Sequence record: SRR20825006_2882
Direction: 5' to 3' (one strand)
DNA length: 38,721 nucleotides
This document shows positions 24,284 through 32,855 of the stretch, in pieces. Made by a program: the position numbers and the translations under genes. Position 1 is the stretch's first letter; every line of letters starts with the position of its first letter. Below the pieces are notes generated by a model. It saw nothing but the letters and a program-made list of their open reading frames with translations, ran no database searches and was not told the DNA's origin.

Positions 24284-26614
24284 ATGGACATGAGTAAGGC
24301 GACAATCACAGCAGCGGGGTTGCTTCTGGTGTCATGTCTCGGGTGCACAGGCAGTGAGGCGAACAAACAGGAACCTGTTCTCACGACACACGAAACCCCC
24401 TCGATGATCTCCAATAACGATCGGTTGGAGGATCGTTTTCGAAGTACGCCCTGGCAGGCCATTTATCGAGAACTCGACAGGATCGATGATCCCTCCGAGC
24501 TCGCGAGCGCTTACGGAGAGTTGGAGGGTTCGCTCAGGTTGCACGGTCAAACGGAGCTCGCGGATGCGCTGGCTTCGAAGCATCGCGAGCTTCGCGCCGC
24601 AGAGGATGGGTCAGGCGAAAAACTCGAGCATATTCGAGGCACGCAGAGCGCGCTTTACCAGGTCTCGTGGCAGCGGCGAGAGCAGGAACACTTCGACAGT
24701 TGCTCGCCGCTGCAACAGACCTGTTTGTCGGCGTCGAGTGTTCCTCGCGAGGTTGGCAGCGCGCTGCTTTCGAAGGTCGAGGGGAGCGCGAGCGCGTACC
24801 AGCGCGCCCTGTTATCGAAGCGCTATCGTTATGCGAGATGGGCGATGTTCGAGGGCCTCCTCGGTGTGACCTCGGCGTTGGAGGCGCGCGCTGATCGCGT
24901 CGGTGGTTTGCTCGACGCGATCACGATCGCGCAGCGTCAGAAGAGACTGCACGATGTCGAGCTCCTTCTTCCATGGGTCCAGGCGCAGATCCTCGGAGAG
25001 AAGGACGCTCGCGCTCGCGCCAAGCTCTGGCAGCAATACACCTCCAGGATGTTCGCGTTGAGCCGCCGTGATGACGCGCGCTTTGGCTTGTACTATCTGG
25101 ATAGGATCGATTTCCCTGTCGAGGACGCAGCCCGCGTTCTCGATTTCGCGCTCTTTTCGTGCGAGTCGCATCAGAGGCTCGGGCAACGTGCGTTCGCCAG
25201 GGCTGCCTGCCGCAAGGCGTATCGCAGTTTCTTGGAGTCACGTGTCTATGACGAGCACGAGGCGAGTCTCTTCGAGCTGTCATTGGAGCTCGGGATGCAT
25301 CGCCAGACGTGGGAGCTCGCGAACCTGCATCCTGACATCCTGAGGTCGAGCAAGCGCGTCGAGTTGTTGGTCCGAGCGCATCTCGATGAACTCCCCGAAG
25401 ATATCGCCCGTGAGGTGAGTGATTTCCACGTCTCCAGGGAACTCGCATTGATCAGTTCGCTGGCAGAACTGCGCGCGGAGGTCGCCAGAGAGGGCAAAAT
25501 CTCTGGGCGTACAAAGGAGGCGTTCGCTGCTTCTCGCCGCGAGGTTCGAGCTTACCTGGACGACTTCGAGATTTACGAGGCGATGGAGCTGCGGTTCGAG
25601 CTGGCTCGAACCCGCGCAGTGTTCAAGGAGGGGAAGATGCCGACGTTGGCTTACGATCTGCTCGAGCCATTGCGCGAGGATGACATGGCCGAGCGCGCGC
25701 GTGGAGGCATGATGCAGCTCGCCAGTGCTTTCGCTGCGGCAGGCCAGGAGAAGGAAGCGCTCTTTGTGTTGGGCGAGGCGCTCGACACCATTCCTTTGCG
25801 CGAACCTTCCAAGACTTCAGACTTTGCCGAGACGTGGGAGTCGCTCGACATCGAATCCACCGTCGACGCGATCATGAAGATGGAGCGCCGCGCGTTGTTC
25901 CTCCCGATGTTGTTTGCGTCCACTCCACCCGCGGCAAAGAAGCGTTTGCTCGAGCTTATCACCGAATCCGACACGACCTGGACCGAGGAGGAACAGGCCG
26001 CGATCGAGACAATCATGAAAACGCTCGCGAGCTCACCTCATGGTTCTCAACACGTCCTGGGCTGGATGATGGTCGTGGCGAAGTCTTGTAAGACCTCTCC
26101 ATGTCTGGATGTGCTCGAACAACAGGCGGTGGGAGGTGCGAACGACAGGCAGTTTGGCGACGCGATGAAGCTGTTGATGGATGCTCGCATCGAGCGTGGC
26201 GAGGTCGCGCAGGCCTGGGACGTGGTCACGCGCATTCCGCTTCCTGCGCGCAGGCTCCAGAGCGGGATGATCTTGCTTCGTTCGATGAACCAGGTGGGTT
26301 TGATCACGCCCCGCCCCAGGATCGACGCCTACCGTAGCTGGCTCGACGCGAGCATCGACTCTACCTGGGGAGCCAGTGAGCCGCTGGTTACGGGGTTGCT
26401 CTTGCGCGGCGAGTGCGAGGAGGCGCTCGACATCCTCGCCGCATACGAGCGCATCGAGGGAGATGGCGAGGTCTTCGAGCGAGCCGTGGTGACCTGCTAC
26501 GACAGGGCTCCAGCGGTAAAAGTGAACGACGTGATCGCGCATATGGATTCGGCGCGCAAACGCGTTCACTACAAGCTCATGGTGCTCGAAGGTGGCGAGG
26601 TCAGAACTCCTTGA
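24284..26614 (+). CDS. Large putative lipoprotein, predicted alpha-helical/TPR-like, unknown function
   Basis: Long ORF (~776 aa from ATG 24284) with a GAGG RBS, signal MSKATITAAGLLLVSCLGC and Ala/Leu/Glu/Arg-rich helical composition. No catalytic motif recognised. Confidence 0.7.
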   Translation: MDMSKATITAAGLLLVSCLGCTGSEANKQEPVLTTHETPSMISNNDRLEDRFRSTPWQAIYRELDRIDDPSELASAYGELEGSLRLHGQTELADALASKHRELRAAEDGSGEKLEHIRGTQSALYQVSWQRREQEHFDSCSPLQQTCLSASSVPREVGSALLSKVEGSASAYQRALLSKRYRYARWAMFEGLLGVTSALEARADRVGGLLDAITIAQRQKRLHDVELLLPWVQAQILGEKDARARAKLWQQYTSRMFALSRRDDARFGLYYLDRIDFPVEDAARVLDFALFSCESHQRLGQRAFARAACRKAYRSFLESRVYDEHEASLFELSLELGMHRQTWELANLHPDILRSSKRVELLVRAHLDELPEDIAREVSDFHVSRELALISSLAELRAEVAREGKISGRTKEAFAASRREVRAYLDDFEIYEAMELRFELARTRAVFKEGKMPTLAYDLLEPLREDDMAERARGGMMQLASAFAAAGQEKEALFVLGEALDTIPLREPSKTSDFAETWESLDIESTVDAIMKMERRALFLPMLFASTPPAAKKRLLELITESDTTWTEEEQAAIETIMKTLASSPHGSQHVLGWMMVVAKSCKTSPCLDVLEQQAVGGANDRQFGDAMKLLMDARIERGEVAQAWDVVTRIPLPARRLQSGMILLRSMNQVGLITPRPRIDAYRSWLDASIDSTWGASEPLVTGLLLRGECEEALDILAAYERIEGDGEVFERAVVTCYDRAPAVKVNDVIAHMDSARKRVHYKLMVLEGGEVRTP

Positions 26615-26713
26615 GAAGTCTCATCCTGGACTTACATTCGTCGCGCTGTTCAAATGTGCTGGATGGGGGGCCACATCAGGCTCCGAGACCGTTCAATGAA
26701 TTGGAGGTGATGG

Positions 26714-27379
26714 ATGTCAGGAAACAAGTGGGCTCAGGGTTGGATCTTGGTCGCGATGCTCGTGCTCTTACCCTCGAGCGCGAGCGCGCTGGAGACCATG
26801 GAGCAGCTGACTTCGAAGGGGCGGGCGAACATTGGTTTTAACACGTCGCTCAGTTACACCTCCGCGACCAACGAGACGGTGGAAGGTGACCGGGCGCGCA
26901 ATGCGACGCTCTTCTTTCTGGCATCTCCAAAGTTTGGGTTCTTCTTCACCGACAGGCTCGAGCTCACGGTTCAGCCAGGTTTGTTGATGCGTCGTTTGCA
27001 GCGTGATGCGGAAACCCGTAGCACCGAGACCTCGGGGTTGCTCGACCTGGGGATCAACTTCCACCTGCCGATCAACAAGTATATGGCGATCGTGCCGGGT
27101 GGTGGCATCGGCGGTTATTATGGTGGGAGCTCTCGCCCGACGACGTTTGTCGACATGGATGGGAACGTCCAGGAGGTCGACGCTTCGACCACCGCGTTCG
27201 GGTTGGACGCGTTCGGCAACCTCAACCTGAACTACCGGGTCACCGATCACACGATGCTGTTGGCAGGCGTGACCTTCCACTACCTGTTCGGCACCGAACG
27301 CTCCGAAGATATCGACGGCGGTTTGCGCGTCTCTACGCTCAACACGAGCATCGGCGCTGGCATCAGCTACACCTTCTGA
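26714..27379 (+). CDS. Outer-membrane beta-barrel protein (OmpA-like/porin-like)
   Basis: Signal peptide ending ASA, alternating beta-strand pattern and C-terminal BAM signal GAGISYTF; RBS GGAGG. Confidence 0.8.
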   Translation: MSGNKWAQGWILVAMLVLLPSSASALETMEQLTSKGRANIGFNTSLSYTSATNETVEGDRARNATLFFLASPKFGFFFTDRLELTVQPGLLMRRLQRDAETRSTETSGLLDLGINFHLPINKYMAIVPGGGIGGYYGGSSRPTTFVDMDGNVQEVDASTTAFGLDAFGNLNLNYRVTDHTMLLAGVTFHYLFGTERSEDIDGGLRVSTLNTSIGAGISYTF

Positions 27380-27385
27380 GCGCGC

Positions 27386-28189
27386 TCAGTGGTTATCGTA
27401 GATATCACTGGCGAGCGCAGAGAGTGATTCGACAAATCGCGTCACATCGGCAGCGTAAAACCCACAGCTATTGATCCCGTTGAGTTCCACGATCTTGTAG
27501 GAACCATCGGCGAGCTTTGCGATGTCCATGACAAAAGCTCGATCAGGGCTCCACGTCTGGGCGCGCGCTTCGGCAAAGGCGATCAAATCTGCGGCGAGGG
27601 CGTCATCGAGTTCGCGCTCCTCGCCTCGTCTGTATTGGCTGCCAGTGACGACTTTTTCATCCACGAGAAACAGCCTCCATTCGCGCTCGAGCGGCTTGAC
27701 CGTGGCAAGAACCACGGGAGCATCGAGCGAGATCACGGTCTCGGCAGCTTCGAGTTTCGCGCGCCACGAGAGCAACTCTTCCGAGGTCATGACTCCACCG
27801 GCGAAGCTCTTGCCATCATGATCCGGGCGGATGAACCAGCGCTCCTGGTTCGCGAGGGTCGCGGCATCCATCTCCTGCAGAGTGGTCCAGATGGCGTCAG
27901 CGTTGAGCATGTGTTGACCATAAGCTCTGGCGTAGGCGGACGGTGTGAACATCGCCTCATCAAAGAAGACGCCGGGGGTCCACGGGGTGTCTGCTGCGAT
28001 AGCGACCGTCAACCTCGCGGAGCCGTAGAAAATCACAGGTCCATCATGCTCGAGCTGCGGGATGTCCTCGGTGAAGGGAGGGACGACGACGGGCGCGTAT
28101 CGATGTCCTCCAGCTTCGCAAGCCAGCTCGATCGCGCGCAAATCTTTGGGAGAGATCAGGTTATCTTGAACGATCCAGCACACCTGCAT
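27386..28189 (-). CDS. ATP-grasp protein, R2K/DUF4343-like
   Basis: WFIRP..KSFAGGV, REWRLFLVDEKVVTGSQYR, FVMDIA, KIVELNGINSCGFY (ExN). Confidence 0.75.
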   Translation of the reverse strand: MQVCWIVQDNLISPKDLRAIELACEAGGHRYAPVVVPPFTEDIPQLEHDGPVIFYGSARLTVAIAADTPWTPGVFFDEAMFTPSAYARAYGQHMLNADAIWTTLQEMDAATLANQERWFIRPDHDGKSFAGGVMTSEELLSWRAKLEAAETVISLDAPVVLATVKPLEREWRLFLVDEKVVTGSQYRRGEERELDDALAADLIAFAEARAQTWSPDRAFVMDIAKLADGSYKIVELNGINSCGFYAADVTRFVESLSALASDIYDNH

Positions 28190-28191
28190 CC

Positions 28192-28653
28192 TCAGAGCCC
28201 TCCTTCTTGCGTGAGCATCGACATCGGCATGACAGTCACGCCGCGTTGCACCTGCTCGAAGAGCCTGATGACTTCAGGGCTTCTCAGGCTGTATCCGAGG
28301 GTGTCGAGCTCCTCGATGGTGACCCAACGCGCCTCGAGTGATTCGTCATCAGGCTCTGACTTTGGAGGGGTGTCATCGATCGGACTGGCGAGAAAGATCA
28401 TGCGCATACGAGCGCTTCCATCGAGCCGCGGCGAGTGCTCGATGCGCAGGATGCCATCGAGAGAGATGGGCACGCCGGCCTCTTCGAGGACCTCTCGTTT
28501 GGCGGCTTCAGGGAAGGTTTCGCCGAACTCGACGCGACCGGCGGGGAGGTACCAGCGCTGGCCATGTTTGCGCTCGTGCACCAGGAGGAAGCGGTTACCC
28601 TTGCGTACCACGACGAGCGCGAACATCCACGATTCGATCGGTTTCTTTGCCAT
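28192..28653 (-). CDS. Nudix hydrolase (NUDT18/MutT-like)
   Basis: WYLPAGRVEFGETFPEAAKREVLEEAGV Nudix box. Start at MAKKP (28653). Confidence 0.88.
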   Translation of the reverse strand: MAKKPIESWMFALVVVRKGNRFLLVHERKHGQRWYLPAGRVEFGETFPEAAKREVLEEAGVPISLDGILRIEHSPRLDGSARMRMIFLASPIDDTPPKSEPDDESLEARWVTIEELDTLGYSLRSPEVIRLFEQVQRGVTVMPMSMLTQEGGL

Positions 28654-28767
28654 GAGTTCTTTGTCCTTTGGCGTGGTCAAGCCGTAGCGGTATCCATAGG
28701 TCGGTGCGGCGTCGAGTGTGGCCAGCACGCAGGTAAGTTTGTCGCGCTCTTTACACCCTGACAACGA

Positions 28768-28826
28768 GCGAATCATGTGCGGCGAGAGGACCGTTTGAAC
28801 ATGTCTCCTCGCCGCACATGATTCGC
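28768..28826. repeat. Perfect 19-bp inverted repeat (member of the GCGGCGAG/CTCGCCGC hairpin family)
   Basis: GCGAATCATGTGCGGCGAG (28768-28786) pairs with CTCGCCGCACATGATTCGC (28808-28826). Confidence 0.9.
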
Positions 28827-28936
28827 GTCGGTTCGAAAAGAAAACGTCAGCACCAAGCAAGTTGAATGCTCTTTCGGGCGAGTATCTTATCAAGGAGCGC
28901 ATGTCAGAGGTGCGCCATGATCTGAACAAATGATCA

Positions 28937-28951
28937 CGGCAGGCCCCTTGC
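28937..28951 (+). promoter_or_regulatory. Possible sigma54 promoter upstream of recC
   Basis: CGGCAGGCCCCTTGC fits GGCA-N6-TTGC with GG-N10-GC spacing, ~105 nt upstream of the recC ATG. Confidence 0.25.
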
Positions 28952-29056
28952 GTCCCTTTGATTTGTTATGTCAAATGAACCATGGATTCATCCCTCCTCG
29001 AGAAAGGAGGGGCGAGGCATGCGTCATGGAGGGCGCTAACTGGCGCAAGAAGGCCA

Positions 29057-32000
29057 ATGCTACAGGTATTTCTTTCCAACAAAACCGAGCGGTTGGTCGA
29101 TCGGCTCGCGTTGCAGCTCGACGTGCAGCGAAAGTTGGTCGATGGCCCATTCTCGGCAGCGCGGATTATCGTCCCAGATGATCGCGTGGCGGCGTATCTC
29201 AAGCTCGAGTTGACGCGTCGCGATGGTGTTCTGCGCCCGATCGAATGCCTTTCGTGGCTCGATGTTCTCGAAGAGCTCCTCGAAGCACACCCTGACCATC
29301 CGCTCCTGATAGAACGCCGCGCCTTGCGCGCGCGCCTGGTCGAGGTGCTCTCGGATACGAACTTGCTCGAACGCAGCGAGCTCGCGCCTGTGCGTCGTTA
29401 TTTGGGGGACAACAAGCAGCAGAGTTCGGGCGCCGAGGATGCGCTCGAGCGCCGTCGCTTTCAGCTCGCTGACCAGCTCTCGAACCTGTTCACCAACTAC
29501 GCCTTCACGCGTCCTTCCTTGCTCGATGCGTGGCTCGGAGAGGAGCGATGGTTTTCTCAAACCGTCGCGGCTGGCGCCGAAGCGTGGCAGGCGATCTTGT
29601 GGAAGAACGTGACGGCGAGGTTCACATCGCCGAGCGTGCTCACGCCTCGTCAGGTGAGTGGTTTGTTCGCCAACGAGGAGCTCTCGCTCGGGAAGATGGT
29701 CCACGTCTTCCCATTCGGTGAATATAGCCCGGTGATTTACGAGATCATCGAGGGCATTTCCCGACATGCGGTGATTTTTGGCTATGGACTGAACCCCTCA
29801 CAAGAGTTCTGGGGAGACATTCGATTCGGACGCCCGGAGGAAGAGGAGAAGCTCTTCTCCAGCGCTGGCGTGGCTGGTGGGCACCTCGAGTACGGCGGTG
29901 ATGATTCGTTCTGGAGCGAGACCGAAGCGCCATTCTTACTGCGCGCATGCGGTTTCGCTGGCGCGATTCATATGCGCGCGCTCGAGACGTTCCCCAACTG
30001 CGAAGTCCATCCGCTCTATGAGGACGAAGACGAACCGCTGACCCCGTGGGATGTTCCAGACAAGATGTTGCACAGGATGCAACACGACTTGCTCAACCTC
30101 ACGCGCACGCCGCTCGAGAATTTGCCCGGCGAAGAGGACCGCTCGATCGAGGTCCTCGCCGCGCCGAACATCAAGCGCGAGATCGAGGTTATCGCCAACG
30201 AAATCCTCGCGCTCGTCGACGGCGAGAGAGAGGATGGAGGAGCGCCCCTCGCCTTTCATGATATCGCCGTCTTGCTGCCCGCATCACAGCGCGAAGCTTA
30301 TCAAACGCACATTCGCGCGGTGTTTCCGACCACGCAGAACATCCCCTACAACATGATCGATATGCCCGCGCTCGAGTGGAGCCGGGGGATCGAGGCAGTG
30401 GGGATGTTGCTGGCGCTTCCATTCGGGCAGTTTCGTCGCCAGGAGCTCTTGCGTTTGCTCACGCACCCGAACGTGATCGCGCGTTTTCCACACATCGATC
30501 CGCGTGATTGGATGCGTTGGTGCGACGAACTCAGGATTTTGCACGGCGCCGATCGCACCGACCACGAGGACACCTACATTGAATCCGAACTCTTCCACTG
30601 GGAGCAGGGGTTTCGCAGGTTGGTACTCGGCGCGTTCATGACGGGCAAACCCGCTGGCGATCGGCGCGCGTTCGAACTCGGTGGTCATCACTATTTGCCG
30701 CACGAATATGGCCAGGAGGATCTTCCCTCGGCCGCGAGGCTCGTGTTGATGGCGCGCTCGATGATCGAGGACGCCAAGTTTTCGCGTCAGGCGAGGATGC
30801 CGATGCGCAAATGGGCGGAGTTCTTCTGTCGCATGGTTTCGACGTATATCGCGCCGCATGATCCGGGCGATGAGCTGCTCTTGCATAGCTGTCGTCAGCT
30901 CTTGGCGGGTATGGCTGATCGCGATCCCGGGACAAAAGAGGTCTCGTATCGCATCGCCTACGAGGTCGCGATCGACCTCCTCTCGGAGCTCGAGGTCAAG
31001 CGTGGCCAGACCTTCCTCGAGGGGGTCACGGTGATGGGGCTCGAGGCGAAACGCTCGGTTCCCTTCAAGGCGATCTTTATCGCGGGCCTCGGCGAGGGGC
31101 ACTACCCTCAAGCCGAGTCTCGCCGCCCTGAAGACCTTCAATTTGTCACCGACGCGCGCGGCGAGATCGTCAACGCGCCGGGCGCACAGCCTGATGTCGG
31201 CAAGCGCGATCGCCAGAAGTGGACGTTTCTCGAGACCTTGCTCTGTGCCAGAGAGCACCTGTTCTTATCCTACGTCGCGCGCGATCCTCGCACCGGTGAG
31301 CCCTGTTCTCCATCCGCCGTGATCAACGAACTCCTGTGGGCTTTCGAGCAGGACTATGTGCCGCTCTTGCCCGGCGAAACCGAGGATGAACGAAGCAGGC
31401 GGGTGGAGGCGCGATGGATCACGCGGCACGAACTGCGTCGTTTCCATCCTCGTTATTTCCCCGGTCTGCTCGGTGAGGAGACCACGTCGCTGACCTCGAG
31501 CCGTCAGCCCGAGGCAAAGCGCGAGGCGATGGCCAAGGCGTTGCGCGAGCAGCTCGACGAGATGCGCCAGCAAAAGGGGATGATTCACCCCACTCGCGAC
31601 GAGCTGCAATACGCCTTGCCCGCGACAGTGTGGAAACCGCTCGCGCGGCAACTCGGACAGCTCGAACCTCCGCCTCCAGAAGACCTCGAAGATGAGGAGG
31701 TCCTGCGTCTATCGACCTATGAGTTGCGCGCCTTCTTGGAGTGTCCGCTGCAAGGCTCTGCTCGCTTTCTGCTTCGCCTTGACGAGGATGACGACGACCT
31801 GTTGCTCAAGGAGTCCGAGCTCTTCGAGACCAGCGGCGCGCCTCGGATGAGTTTGTTGCGCGATGTGTTTCTGGAAAAGCTCGCGCGCGAACACACCGAG
31901 CGTCGCCCGCTCGATTTCGGCCCGGTTTACGATGACCGCGCGCGTTACTTCGAGCTCGAGGGGTTGGTTCCCACAGGGCCGTTCTATCGCGCCGCGAGGC

Positions 32001-32698
32001 AGCGAAACATCAAGGTCTTGATGACCTGGCAGGAGAACCTCCCCAAGCTTGGTCTGGGTCGTTCGCCGCGTATGGAGGTGCGCCGGTTCGGTCGTCGTCG
32101 CGAGCACGAGATGGTCGATGTCGCGATGCCCCCACTGGTTCTCGATGTTCCGCTGAAAGACAGGCGTCTCAAGGTCGAAATCTCTGGCAAGACCGAGTCG
32201 ATTTTGCCAGAGAGCGCGGCGACATTGATCACGCATCCCACCGAGAACGCTTACGGATTGTCACCCAAGTACTTCATGCGTGGCTTCCTCGATTACGTGA
32301 TCATGACGGCTCGTGGAGAGGAGCAGTCGAGGCCATGGACGGTGTTGATCAACCCGGCTGAAGAGGTCTTGAAGTACAAGCGCAAGAACTGCGAGCGAAG
32401 CTTCGAACCGATCGAGCCCGAGACCGCGCGAAGCTTCTTGCGCGATGTCATCACAGACATGGTCACGCGCGTCCATGCTTATTATCTTCCCATCGAGGTC
32501 GCCTTCCAGCACATCGAGAAGGAGATGCCGGTGGCTCAAATCGCCGAGACCGTGCGCCATAATCCGTGGAAACCGACGAGCGCAGACTTCGGCCCGATTC
32601 GCGATGCGGGCCGTTTCGAGCCGCCAGAAGACGCGCGCGAGATCATCTCCAAGCGCTATGGGCTCTATTTCGAGCGCGTGAGAAAGCGCGGAAAATAA
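29057..32698 (+). CDS. recC: Exodeoxyribonuclease V gamma subunit
   Basis: MLQVFLSNKTERL, QLSNLFTNYAFTRP, LNPSQEFWGD, LHRMQHDLL, REIEVI..DIAVL, RSVPFKAIFIAGL, FLETLLCAREHLFLSY, PSAVINEL. Confidence 0.93.
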   Translation: MLQVFLSNKTERLVDRLALQLDVQRKLVDGPFSAARIIVPDDRVAAYLKLELTRRDGVLRPIECLSWLDVLEELLEAHPDHPLLIERRALRARLVEVLSDTNLLERSELAPVRRYLGDNKQQSSGAEDALERRRFQLADQLSNLFTNYAFTRPSLLDAWLGEERWFSQTVAAGAEAWQAILWKNVTARFTSPSVLTPRQVSGLFANEELSLGKMVHVFPFGEYSPVIYEIIEGISRHAVIFGYGLNPSQEFWGDIRFGRPEEEEKLFSSAGVAGGHLEYGGDDSFWSETEAPFLLRACGFAGAIHMRALETFPNCEVHPLYEDEDEPLTPWDVPDKMLHRMQHDLLNLTRTPLENLPGEEDRSIEVLAAPNIKREIEVIANEILALVDGEREDGGAPLAFHDIAVLLPASQREAYQTHIRAVFPTTQNIPYNMIDMPALEWSRGIEAVGMLLALPFGQFRRQELLRLLTHPNVIARFPHIDPRDWMRWCDELRILHGADRTDHEDTYIESELFHWEQGFRRLVLGAFMTGKPAGDRRAFELGGHHYLPHEYGQEDLPSAARLVLMARSMIEDAKFSRQARMPMRKWAEFFCRMVSTYIAPHDPGDELLLHSCRQLLAGMADRDPGTKEVSYRIAYEVAIDLLSELEVKRGQTFLEGVTVMGLEAKRSVPFKAIFIAGLGEGHYPQAESRRPEDLQFVTDARGEIVNAPGAQPDVGKRDRQKWTFLETLLCAREHLFLSYVARDPRTGEPCSPSAVINELLWAFEQDYVPLLPGETEDERSRRVEARWITRHELRRFHPRYFPGLLGEETTSLTSSRQPEAKREAMAKALREQLDEMRQQKGMIHPTRDELQYALPATVWKPLARQLGQLEPPPPEDLEDEEVLRLSTYELRAFLECPLQGSARFLLRLDEDDDDLLLKESELFETSGAPRMSLLRDVFLEKLAREHTERRPLDFGPVYDDRARYFELEGLVPTGPFYRAARQRNIKVLMTWQENLPKLGLGRSPRMEVRRFGRRREHEMVDVAMPPLVLDVPLKDRRLKVEISGKTESILPESAATLITHPTENAYGLSPKYFMRGFLDYVIMTARGEEQSRPWTVLINPAEEVLKYKRKNCERSFEPIEPETARSFLRDVITDMVTRVHAYYLPIEVAFQHIEKEMPVAQIAETVRHNPWKPTSADFGPIRDAGRFEPPEDAREIISKRYGLYFERVRKRGK

Positions 32699-32855
32699 GT
32701 CCCTTTTCGGTTCTTTGATCGATTTGCGGCGACGCAAGACTCAGGCGTCACTGGACGATAACCTCTCGAGGGCCTCACAATAGCAGTGAGGCGAGGAGCG
32801 ATATCGAAACGCTCTGCTCGCCGCAAAGTTTACAGCACGGAGACCATTCAAGTTC

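Noticed and set aside
7611-28826. CRISPR array or integron attC interpretation of the long palindromes
   Set aside because: There are no regularly spaced direct repeats and no cas or intI gene, the arms differ between elements, and I could not identify RYYYAAC/GTTRRRY attC ends.
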